From Chrysomallon squamiferum (taxonomy: Eukaryota; Animalia; Mollusca), in NCBI GenBank assembly GCA_012295275.1, contig CM022665.1:17050001-17114000 (forward strand): DNA of 64,000 nt, in the 5' to 3' direction. A model generated the notes under the pieces. It was given only the letters and a program-made list of their open reading frames with translations. It was not told the DNA's origin and did not search any database. Both the position numbers and the translations under genes were made by a program. How positions within the stretch are numbered: position 1 is the first letter of the stretch; every line of letters starts with the position of its first letter. Shown in pieces: positions 1-35,390 of the stretch.

Positions 1-12
1 CGTGATGTGATG

Positions 13-45
<33 letters not shown>

Positions 46-324
46 CATTCATAACAGTAAAAGGTTGTTTTATGTTTTCTAATAATCTGAAACCACGTTT
101 TATAATGAATAATGAAAACGGCTTGAGAATGATAATTAACAACTGGTAATGAAAGCAGATATTTAAGACTAAGTAAATCATTCCTAACATTATCTGTCTG
201 TTATATTCTCGAGGTTAAGGTTCTTTTTTCCCCTTTATATATGTAACCGATAACTGCACACTAGATATCGCGAGATTTTATTATTGTCGAACTTTATGGT
301 AAGAAAGACTAATTTCTATATACA

Positions 325-375
325 TAATAACAACAACAACAACAATAACAACAATAATAATAATAATAATAATAA

Positions 376-422
<47 letters not shown>

Positions 423-680
423 TTGTTGTTTTGTTATTGTGATGATAATTTAATAGTAGCAATAAAATTATAGCAGTAGGAGCAGCAGCAGTGGTAGTAA
501 TAGTAGCAGTAGCAGAAATAGTAGCTATTGTAATAATGGTAGTTAGAACAATAATAGTGATAATGGTAATAATAACTGTATAATAATAATAATAATAATA
601 ATAATAACTACATCATCAACAACAACAACAAAACAACAACAACAATAATAATAATAATAATATAATAAATAATAATAATG
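325..680. repeat. Compound trinucleotide microsatellites (CAA/TAA/TAG/TTG/CAG)
   Basis: Directly visible in the sequence. Confidence 0.9.
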
Positions 681-1406
681 AAAATAGTAATATATAATCC
701 GCTAACAAGCTATCCATTAATCATCGTTTTCTTTAATTAGCACTGATCCAAGTAATGTGATGAAGCGAGGATATCAATGTCCGGTCATCGCTAGGAAATA
801 ATGAATTTTTCATATCCAAACGACCACATCAATACTTAGAATATTAATAACACACTTCTTAATGACCGTATCAGGTTGTAATATGCATGTATTAATGTAT
901 GGTTATTTATGTGATTAATATTACATATTATAGACAATTAATATTACACACCACGGCATAATGTACGGATATTACCATCTGCCTAAATAATTTCCCATTC
1001 ATTAATTTAGTAGAACTTCGACAATATTAGTTTTTGATTAAAGGTATTTATGAACAGTTGTGTAACATGGCTATGAAGGTGTTAATTAAAGGTTGTTGCC
1101 AGTATTGTTTTGTGTATCATGTTTCGGGTAATGCTCAGTGGAAGAGAACAACGATATAATTATTGGTTTATTAATAGATTATATGAAACAAAGTACATAA
1201 CAAGTACATCCCATATGCACATGCACATACACGCACAAACACAATTATATATTGGCATATAGTCATTAAAAATATATATTCATACATACATTCGGATTTT
1301 TACAATCTGTATTTGTGCATTTCACTGAAAACACTATCAGAGAATATAAATAATAATGATAATAATAATGATGATGATGATAATTATGATGATAATAATA
1401 ATTATT

Positions 1407-1439
<33 letters not shown>

Positions 1440-2262
1440 ATTATTATTATTATGATTTGCATTTCTAGACAAAAATGTGTGTAGTCTGTAAAAATCATAT
1501 TACAGTCGAGAAATTTTAAAGATGTATTTTAACAAGATGTGTGGGTTTTTTAAAACAAAATTTACCAAATGTTAAAGGTGTACTACCTGTGGTGGATGTA
1601 AGAAATACCTTAATAAACAGAAATAAGTTATTATAATTCCAAGTGTTTTTTTTTTTTGTTTTTTATACTTAAACTTGACATAAATCTTTTCTAACAATAA
1701 AGTTATAGACAGTTCATTCATTTATTATCGGTAACACACATTTCATGCCGGGACGCTGATTTTAGAATTGGACAAAATTCATTTTCGTTTAAGCATCAAC
1801 TATTTAATGACATATACAGAGTATCAGTATGGCTTTATGCCTGTGCGCGAGTCACGTTTGACATGATTAAAAATACAGAACGGTCCGTTTACTCTTGAGA
1901 AATCTCAGTATTCTCCGTAGTGAGGAAAGAAAAGAAAAGAAAGGTATATTACTACGAAAAAAACTTCTTTTTTTTAAATTTTAAACGTTTTCTTTTTTTA
2001 TGTTTTTTTACTTTTTTTAAGACTCAGAATTTGATTGGCAGACATCTTTGTATCACCAATCGTTTTCGTTGGGGAAAAAGAAAAGATTTATTAATTGATT
2101 GATAATATTAAATAATAATAATAATAATAATAATGATGATGATGATGATGTGATAATAATAGTGATAACAGTTCTGTTGCAATGTAAGTGTTGCTACTCC
2201 TAATTCAAGACTATCAAATAAACATTAGAGATCTTCATTATTATCATCAACATCTTTTTTTT

Positions 2263-2301
<39 letters not shown>

Positions 2302-2373
2302 GCGGACCGTGCTTACTATGACGGTGGATTAATTCTGTATAATGTATACCATTTCGCTATATGTTTAATTTTC

Positions 2374-24308
<21,935 letters not shown>

Positions 24309-25591
24309 AGATTATTCTTAAATTTCCACTGTTATTTTTAAAAATTCTTTGAATTTTTTTTCTTCTTTTTCCTTTTTGTCATCAATGTTTGTAAACCTTC
24401 AAGCCAAGCTCCAGAACGAGTACTATTTGTTTAATATTACTAAATGAGGACTTCGTGTAATGTTAATCAACTTCAGTCCCGTCAGTCTGATTTCGTTTCC
24501 ATCCATTCTGAAGAGTTTAGTGTCGCTGGTTCAGACATATCTAACACGTACGTTTAGCATTGGAAAAATGTATTCTAAGTAACCAGCTTTCATTTATATT
24601 GTAATTTCTTTGAGGTTTTCGATTCGCACTGCAAATAAAAACAAAGGTAAAATAAAAATTTTAATATATTATAGACAAATGCAAAAATACATTTTAACAC
24701 ATTTATAGACACACATAAAATAATTATATTTTGATAACTGTTTAATGCCAATTTTTTTTTTTTTTGGACTCACCTAATGTCTCTGATCATTACTATATGG
24801 AAAGTCTGATATATAATGCATTTAGGAGAAAAAGCGTACAGAAAAGGAATTATTCTCCACAACAAATACAATTCTTTTCTTCTTCTAAACTGACACATCT
24901 GTAAATTTTTATTAATATCAACTGTTAATCAATATGACCAACAAACAGTAAACGTTTGGTATTGTTTTCATTTTAATAAAAGATCCGGTAACATTCTTCT
25001 TAATGATAAACCACTGTCATATTTATGCAGAGATATAAAAGTAGTTACTGCTCCATGATTTATTTGAAATTATTTAGATTAGCCAGATATTCACCTTTTC
25101 TTTCATTTGACTAGGCCTGTGGACATTACCGTGACGGATCACAACGGGTGGCCCTCAAAATGACTTTGTTTTTGTATTCACAAATATAACATTCATTCAA
25201 TTACCTCAGAAAACAGTAAATATGCAGTTTATGCAATAGTCACAGAAATAACTAAATCATGATTATTTCCTATATCGGTGTTTGTTATAAACTGCATTTG
25301 CATATTTTTACCTTAACTTTTCACTTTCACTAATGTTTTTTCTCTCTTTCTGTCTCATTTATTAAAAATGTTTTGAATGTTATCTTTGAAAATATAAAAT
25401 TCTCAATAGAGCACCAAAAAACAAAAAAATAAAAATAAAAAAGAGAGAGAAAGGATTTCATTGACAAAATTATGCGTCATTACCACAATCATTATCACTG
25501 TCATTATCATCGATGTTACTATCATTATCCTTATCATCATGAATAGTGGTAATTATTCATCATAATGTGATTCACGTAGGTGGTTTTGTTA

Positions 25592-25638
<47 letters not shown>

Positions 25639-26200
25639 ACAGCAACTATAAGAGTAGTATTAATAGAAGTAACAGTAGCAGCAGTATTAATAGAAAGAAT
25701 AACAGTATACTACTAGTAGTAGTATATGTTGTTGTTGTTGCTGTATGGTTGTAGCCGTGTTAATAAGGTATGATGATGGCGAAAGCACCAAAAGCAGTCA
25801 TAAAAAGTTTAAGAACACAATGACGATGTCATTGTTGTTGTTGTTATTACCGATGATGTTAATGGCGATGAAAATGATCGTGATTGGTATTACAGCAATC
25901 GTTGTTGTTATTTTTACTGGCAACATTTCAGTATCTTTCTCATCTGTTTTCCTTTTCTTTTTTCTTTTTTAAATTACAATTTGTAAAAAGAAACAGACAG
26001 TGATATGTAGCCTAATAATAAAAGATACTTACCAAACATCTGCACATGTCGTCTGCAAGGAATGATTTTATTTGCTGGTGTAAATATTCTTAAAACTAGT
26101 TCTTCCAAAATATATTTCCACAGTGAAACTCAGTTTTACCTTCTTTTTAAAAAAGAAAAAAGAATAAAAAGTTCCAGACACTGGAATTCTTTTATCAATA
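24309..26200 (-). other. Probable spliced 5' UTR of the CD36-like gene
   Basis: Acceptor tttgcAG just upstream of 24628. Candidate exon ~24898-24773 bounded by ttacAG and GTGAGT. Strong donor G/GTAAGT near 26031. A CpG-rich stretch at 26200-26350 lies upstream as a possible promoter. Confidence 0.4.
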
Positions 26201-26452
26201 AACGAAGACGTGCTTCGTACGCCAAAAGCTAGATCGTCTGCCAGTCACGAGCTCTTGTGATTGACTGGTGACTCGACGTACAAACCGCTCGCCGGCGTCC
26301 AATGCCTATCGTGTAATACCGATACTTAATCGATTGACTGGGTTAACGTGCTCTCAGTGACTGCTAGTCTGAAATCTCCAATGACAAGTGACGAATAATG
26401 AAGAAACGACATGACTTTTATTTTTGTCACTTTCATTCTTTCTTTGTCTCAG

Positions 26453-26456
<4 letters not shown>

Positions 26457-26534
<78 letters not shown>
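26457..26534. repeat. (CT)n microsatellite
   Basis: Directly visible in the sequence. Confidence 0.95.
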
Positions 26535-26536
<2 letters not shown>

Positions 26537-26690
26537 CTGTCTGTCAGTCTCCCTCTTTCGCCTTTTTCTCAAATTTCACTATTATTATTACTATTATTAT
26601 TATTTTTAATAAATAAATATATAATTAACTAAATGAAATTGAAGAAATTAAATAACTATCTATGTGTGTAGCTGTATGTGTCTCTCTATG

Positions 26691-26903
26691 TACTGTTTAC
26701 CCTCAGTTTCACGGATCTCTGAACCCATTTCCATCAAGGTAATAGCAAAATTTTAAAACTGCACCCATAACAGCCTAACCTAACAGACTTCACCCAATCA
26801 AGCCTACTGTACTCTACCGTTTTCTTTACATATATTGTATGGCATTTGTTTTTCAGACGGGTGCAGTCCGCTGTTAGTCCATGAAATCGAGAGTCTACAT
26901 GTA
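26691..26903. mobile_element. Degenerate TA-flanked MITE
   Basis: Imperfect terminal inverted repeats tactgtttaccctcagtttcacgga and tccatgaaatcgagagtctacatgta. Confidence 0.45.
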
Positions 26904-27666
26904 TTTGTATATGTATGTGTTTTTAAAAAAAATATATAAGTAATTAAAACACGATTTCTTATATATTTGTACCTATTTTCTGGAAAATTATCTCTTAAGC
27001 TTTAAATTTATATCGATTCTTTGAAAGGAAATAAAAGTACACAGAGTACAAAGCTACAAATAATTATACCATAATGCTAGATCAGAATGATGCCTGAACG
27101 TTCTCAATGATAAAGTCTACTTTAATGATTTTCTACAAGTCTTAACAAAGCCAATTAATTGTTTACGCTGTGTAATAATTATTTTTACTCCACTTTCGAT
27201 AGAAATTGGATTACATACAGACGATGCTAACACCAACTGGATCTTAAAATGTGTGTGTGTGTTTATGTGTGAGTGTGTATATGTATGTATGTCTGTCTGT
27301 CTGTATCTGTGTATGTATGTTTGTATTTTTAAACAAATGTTAAACATATAGACTCAAATATTGATTGTTATATACACACATAGAAAAACAAATTAGGATG
27401 ACATACGCAAATATTTAAAAAAAAAAAAAAAAAAAAAACCATCAAATACTTAAAAAAAAAAAAAATAAAAGAAAGGAAAAAAGAAAAACTTCAAAACAAA
27501 CATGAAGAAATTTCGTTAACTGCTCTCTGTCTGCTATTTCTGTTCAATCGAAAAAAGTCACAAAGTACGTGTACGCATCATCCAAGTGTATTTTTTTTTT
27601 TTTTTACATGAAAATAATCAGATTAGATTAGTTTTATTTTTTCTTCTTCTAATTTATTTATTTATT

Positions 27667-27705
<39 letters not shown>

Positions 27706-27978
27706 TATTATTATTATTATTATTTTTAGCATTATTATTTATTGTTGTTGTTTTGGATTTTTTTTTAATTTAGAAAACATTTATTGAACACTTTTTTGTG
27801 CATTTTCAATTATAGCTAACGTTCTGCAGCCAAGTAAATCATGTTGTTGTTTTCAGGTAGTTTTTTTTTGTAATTTTTTTAAATCACTTGCAGAATATCG
27901 TTTTGAATTCATCTCATTTTAAGTGGATATCACCGTCTCTTGTTAGCTAAGTAAACATTACAATGACACCCACCCACC

Positions 27979-28009
<31 letters not shown>

Positions 28010-28651
28010 ATCGTTTATTCAAAATAACGACTGTTTATCGATCGAAATGTAACATGCAATAATTTATTTCATGGTAGATTGCACGATTTCATTATTATTA
28101 TTTTTATTTTTATTTTTTTCACTTTTATAATCTTATTATCTTGCTAAGATTTTTAAAATCACTTCTAAAATGATATTTATTTTCCGTTTTTTTGTTTGTT
28201 TTTTTTATTGTTTTTCTTGGGCTTTTAAAATATTTTTTATAAAAAAAATACTTTCATCTTTTAAAAACGTTTATTATATAGAAATATATACTTTAAAAAA
28301 AAAATTCTTCTGTTGTTTGCTTTTTTTCACTACTTTTTTCTTCTGTTCATTATAAAAATGAAACTAAGTATGTCCAGCTTAGCTTTTTGTAAACTGAAGA
28401 CAATAAAGTAGTCTATATTTTGATTAAAATAAAACCGTTTTAAAGTGCCAGTTTAGAAAACTATATACATACTTGTATGTGTATTTGTTGTGGAAAATAA
28501 TTACTTTTCCTTACTTTCTTTTTCTCCTAAATGTAGGTATTGCATTTAACTTTTTTATCCATGTATATATCTGTATATCTATCTTCCTATCTTTTTTTTT
28601 GTCTTTCCATAAATCTACCTACATATCTAACTATCAGTCATTCTATCCATT

Positions 28652-28654
<3 letters not shown>

Positions 28655-28736
<82 letters not shown>
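28655..28736. repeat. Compound (CT)n(AT)n microsatellite
   Basis: Directly visible in the sequence. Confidence 0.95.
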
Positions 28737-29308
28737 GGTTGTCTGTCTGTCTTTCTGTCTGACTTTCTGTTTATCTTTATATCAGCTACAAAACTTCACA
28801 AAATAACTGTTAAAGAACTGAAAATAATTTGCATGGTCGTTATTTGTCATCATGCCAGAAGTTCACAGAACCGGAAGTAATTGATAATTAAGCGTTGATT
28901 TCCTTTATAGGGCATAATTAGACACCGTGAACAACCGAAAACATTATTAAATGATAACTGATAGATATGGACTTTTTAATGATAGCAATTTTGTACCTGT
29001 TATAATGAATAACCTATTGACATCTGATATGAATGAAGACAATTACGAAGACATATGAAGGTGTTTCCTCTCGTTAACCTTGTTGATGGACACTGCAGTC
29101 CGAAAGAGTCGTTTCTGGATGGGGTTTTTTGAGTGTGTGTGGGTTTTTTGATTAACTGACGATCGAACTTGTCTCTGGTATGACCATTCATTATACATTG
29201 TCGTTATAACAAGTGTGTGGTTTGTTTTAGAGAAAACTAGATATAACAGCAGAACAATGCAAGTTTTATGTGAAACTGAATGTTAAATTAGAGAGGAAAT
29301 CCACGAAT

Positions 29309-29358
<50 letters not shown>

Positions 29359-29492
29359 GTGTGTGTGTGTGATTAACAAGTTGTTCGGGTCGATAAAACT
29401 ATCACTGATATAGAAGAAAATGGATAAGACACAAAAAAATCATAAAACATGTAACTGAACACAGAGTACATCCATCTATCCATCCATTCATC

Positions 29493-29538
<46 letters not shown>

Positions 29539-29979
29539 TATAGTTACCATAGTACGTAGGCACAGACATGCGCATGCACGCACACAAACGGACACACACA
29601 GAGACAGACAGACAGACAATTAATCCCTGTTTAAGGGAAACAATCATTTTCAATTATCAATGCATTGTTTCTCGATTGTCACGTAATGTACTTGTCGGCT
29701 TGATGGCGTTAATTGTTAATCATTGTTGTCATAGCAGCAGATATATATTTTCAATAGAAAACGTCTGTCATGTTAGAAGCGTCGCTTAGACAACGGATAT
29801 ATACGTTTTCTTTTGTAAGGTTAGTACGTAGAAAGTAAGCTGCAGGCTAATTAAACCATTGTAGAAATTTGTCATTGCACATTTAACAACCAAAACAACG
29901 ACTACTACTCCCACTACTACTATCACTACTACTGCTGCTACTGCTGTTGCTATAGCTACCATTACTCCTCCAGCTACTG

Positions 29980-30017
<38 letters not shown>

Positions 30018-30534
30018 GCAGCTACTTCTAATACTATTGTTGTGGCAACTACACTACAACGACATCTACTACTATAATTACAGCTACTACAACCACTCTT
30101 TCTATTACTGTCTTTTTATACTTTTTCCTTCCTTTTCTTCGTCTTCTTCTTCTTCTTTTTCTTCTTCTTCTTATTATTAGTGTACTTGTTATTTTTACTA
30201 TAGATAATATAGATATTATAAACATTATACAATATAATTTACTGCAATACAACAGAACAGTATAATGTAATGTATTGTAATATAATGATATATTATAACA
30301 CAGCATAATATAACATGTAACTTAATATAATATAAATATTAAATGTACTGACAAGTCTATACATTTTACTATCATTAAACTCATTTATGTGTATCTATAT
30401 TATAGATCTGATAATGATGAGTAAACATATCATTATCATTATCATTATCATGTGTCGTATATACTTCCTAGTCCGTGTAATATATAATTATCAGTAAAGT
30501 AAACTGTAGGAAGTATGTTCCATATCCATCACTA

Positions 30535-30778
<244 letters not shown>

Positions 30779-31450
30779 GTAGCTATATATATGTCTATAC
30801 ATCCAGTTATCTATCCACACGCGCAGCATACATAAACACACACACACAAATGAAAATTAAGCCACCTATCGGATTACACAAATACAAAAACATGAAAAAT
30901 AGACAAGAACAAAATTACATTAAATTAAATTTAAAAAAATATACATACAAAAACAATATATATTGTTCGATTTACCTAATATTGCATTGTCTAATTGCTA
31001 TTTATTTTTATTGCTAATTTCGCTTTCACTCGAGTTTAAATCTCTGTTTTGTTATTCAGCACAATGTTTATAATGGTAGCCATTCACCAAACAAATAAAT
31101 GTGTTTCTCAGGGAGTGCTGAAATTAAGCGCTTGTATCACGCAATTTGGACGTCATCGAAGAACTTCCAAACGTATATAAATGTAAATCCGTAGGTGTAA
31201 CCCCAATAGAATAATTATGTTGATTAATTTTCTATTATCGAGATAAGCGGTCACATAATTTGAGATAACACTCTGTAATTCTGGACGTGACTGTAAAGCG
31301 AAAAAGAATGTAAAACAACATATTCTACTAATCAACAGTGAAGATATAATTACTTTGCTAGGTAGCACAGTACATAAACTGTCTGTTTCAAGATGGTATA
31401 AAAGCCTTTCGTATCAACTGGTATTTATGTCGTTCAGAATTCTTATCTCA

Positions 31451-31481
<31 letters not shown>

Positions 31482-32754
31482 TTTACTATTATTATTATCG
31501 CACATGAGTCTTTTAACATATTAAGACTGAACTGTAGAAAATAAGCCCTTAATAGCTTTAATAGGCTTGCGTGTTTGGGTATGTATGTATGTTTGTATAT
31601 ATATATATATGTAAGTATCTTTGTGTGTTTGTGTATGTGTGTGTGTGTCTATGTATGCATCTTTGCATATGTATTAATAATCGGAGAAAGGGAAATACAA
31701 CTAACAATCCCGTGCTTGTAAAAATATTGATAAAAGAAAAATTATGTCTTCTAAACAGTGAAACTTTTTTTTTTTTTTTTTTTTTTTACTGATAACGTGT
31801 TGTAATTTTATCATTTATTCGTCCAGAACAATCTGTACGTACAGATAATCAGCTGTGTAGACAGTAGGATCAATAGTGTTAAATGACTGGCAGTATTCAA
31901 ACGATTAATTTTGGATGTTGCTATGGACACGTTCCGAAACATGCCGTATTATTACGAAGAAAAAATTATCTTAAAAATAAATAAATAATCTCTTTTTTTT
32001 TTTTTTTTTTTTTTTAAATTTGCATTAAAGATATATATTTATTTATTCTGCGATTTTCTTCGATTTCCAGATATTTTTATTCTACCCTAAATCTTTATAT
32101 AAAGTCTGCTTTATGTGACAGAAATAGAAAGTCTGAGACAAGTTTTATACACACTTATTAACATCTGCTTTTTACAACGTAACAAAGTCATTTATCCAAA
32201 TAATTTTACTTGTTATAGTCAAATAAATGTTCACGTTATTTTTAATCATGATTATAAATCAAAGAAAAGATAAAAAAAAAAAAAAAAAAAAAAAAAAATT
32301 AAAATAAGAATGAGATAGAAAAGAAAGAAAAAAAAAAACATTCAGTCAACTTATGCTATTTTTATTACCAACTCAATTATCGTAGTTTTTTCACCACGTA
32401 CGTAAAATCTCTCTTTTGTTATTTTATTTCAGTCAGTGATCTATTTATATCGAATTTACTATGTCGGTCATTAATAAATATACATTAAAAAGTACAAATT
32501 TTTTATTTTTAAATTACAATTAACAAATAAACATACTAACACGCGCGCGCGTTGATATTCACAAGACACATATACATACAGATAACACAAACAAGTAATA
32601 CATACATACAAAAATTCATATACATATATGCCTACATGTACACAACACACATGTATATAAAAACACCATACACACTTTGATTCATAAACCAACGCATAAA
32701 AAATATCCAAAATAGATTTTTAACAGTCGCAAATATTCAGTTTATGACTCATTC

Positions 32755-32788
<34 letters not shown>

Positions 32789-34469
32789 ATAATAAATAAA
32801 TAATAAATAAAAAAACAAAAATTATTTAACAGAATATTAGACTTTTGTCACTGAATATGAACAACTCGTATGTTTGGCCTGAGTACTGGTTTAAGGATTT
32901 GTTTTATTATTATTGTTGTTGTTTTTAAATTTATTATTATTAGTATTAGTATTTAAATTCTTGTTTGTTAAAATAATCTATTCCAATTGTAGGAAAATGG
33001 ATAAACCATTTCTGTAACAGAAATCGTATAAAACTAAATAATTTTTAAATGAGTCTCGATTGTCTGTTTATTTCCGGTATGATTAGTCTTTGTAATACAG
33101 GTAGTAAAAGGTTGGTTAACACGGACGTATTTATGAGTACTTCAGTAGTGGTCTATAATCTCAGTGACCTAGGTAATTTATTTATTTATTTATTTATTTA
33201 TTATTATTTTTTTAACATAATAATAATAATAATAATAATAAATTTTAAAAATAACAGGAACAACAAACAAACCTGATTAATCCGGTTAAACTATAAATAT
33301 TACTGTTCATCAGTCATTCATTGCCCAAATCATTAGCAAAATGGTTGTATTTATTGTATCGAGAAACCCTAATACATTAAGGATATATGAATAAGCCCAT
33401 AATTTTTAACCATTCATTTGTATGTTTAAAAAACATAAATTTTTAGACATACAGAGAGAAAGAGAGAGAGAGATGCTCTTGCTACTTTAGCTACTAAACG
33501 TGAATAATTAGTTTTATTTAATCAGTCGACCAGAAAATAAACCAAAAACAAAAACGAAACAAAAGCCAATCCAAACCAACTTCTAATCATTCGATGACAA
33601 TGTAAGCATAAATCCTCTTCTCTGTGAACAGAAAACATCATTAAATTCCTTCATACATTTGTTAACAGTGCGTTTTATCTGTTGTTTTGCGCACATAAAG
33701 ATGCCCTTAACTTTACTGTTAATAAATATACACGATAAACAAAACATGAAAAGAAACCATTATCTGTGCGTTCCTTTGTTGTCCGGTGCTGGTCATCGAT
33801 ACTCGATATATCGACAAACATTTGTGTTTGCCCTTGAGTCGGTGAAGAAAAGGTTAACGAATATTGTGAGTAGACCGCGGCCACACATGAATGCATTCCA
33901 CGTGTTAATAGCTTATTTAATCTAGATAATTACCTCCTATAACAAATCAAGCGAAAGCGACTGGTACAGAAAGTTAATAGACTGTTTAATCTGTTTTGTG
34001 GCCCGGATGAAACTGATCAAGTGTAGGACAATGTAAAAGTCTAATAATCTGTTAAAATCCTTTTGGTAAAATAATTATAAAAATAAATCGCAACGGACTT
34101 CTGGTTATTAGGTTTTTACTGATGTGCCGGATGTGGGATTTGAACCTGAGGACTTCGATAACAAGCCCATGGGTACTACTAACTTAGTAAACAGTTAATC
34201 TGTTGTTTACGTTCAGCCTGAATTTTTTAATTGTTTTAATTGTTCTGTTTAAATTTTGTATTCTGTTTTCAGAGAAGAGAGAAAGACAATAAGCAAGTGC
34301 TTTTGGATTTGTTTATTTGTTTGTTTGTTGTTGCTGGTATTTTTGTTTTGTTTTTGTTACTGTTGTTTTGTTTGTTTGTGTTTTTTCTCTGAGTTTTTAG
34401 CTGGGGTTTTTTTTGTTGTTGTTGTTGTTATTGTCTTTAACTGGTTGCAAAGATTCATAAACGCTGCCA

Positions 34470-34508
<39 letters not shown>

Positions 34509-35347
34509 TGCTGCCATTGTTGATATAAACTAAAGCATAAATTAAAACTGTCTGCATTTGACTTTATTTTCCTTTTTATATGTTTTATACGCTTAAAGCT
34601 AAACCCATTTATATTACATTAACCGTCTTTTTTCTTCTTCATTTTTTCCTTGTTTTTTAATTATCTCGCCAGACATTGTTGAATACTTTACAGAAATCAA
34701 TAATTGAACAAAACAGTTGTATTTTTACCCAGTCACAGTGATACAGTAATTTAGTTATCGACCTTAAGTCTGACAGACCTAAGTATTGGGGATCGCTGCT
34801 TGTAATCGACTTTTAGAACTAAATGTTGAAGTGCAGTATTCTTTAAAGTCCTTCTAATCCCGTAACACACTAACATTAACAGAAAATACTGACACGACTG
34901 AATGGTTGCCCTGGACGGACGCGCTTTGGCCTTCATTTCATTGATTGACTGCCTTGTTTTTGTGCGATTGGATTATATATATCTTTAAAATAAGATTTAT
35001 GTTTCTTGACACTTTCTGATTTATTGCCTAATTGTCCATTAGCTAAATAAGGTGGATTTTTTTCCCGTAAATTCAAAAATGATTTACAAATTAGACAGCT
35101 AACTTCCGCTTTTTGTTTACTCTTACTTCAGGCTGCTAAGTATAATAGCTTTAATGAAAAATTTTAAATGCTCGTTCGCTAATGTTGTTATTCTGTGTTT
35201 GTATCCTAGCAGTCAAGGCCAATAACAACAATAAATACTTCCAAGCAAAAAAAAAAAAAAAAAAAAAATAAAAAAAATACAAAATACAAAAAAACAAAAA
35301 CAACAAAAGCAAAACAAAGAATAAATAAATAAATAAGCAATGAATTG

Positions 35348-35390
<43 letters not shown>

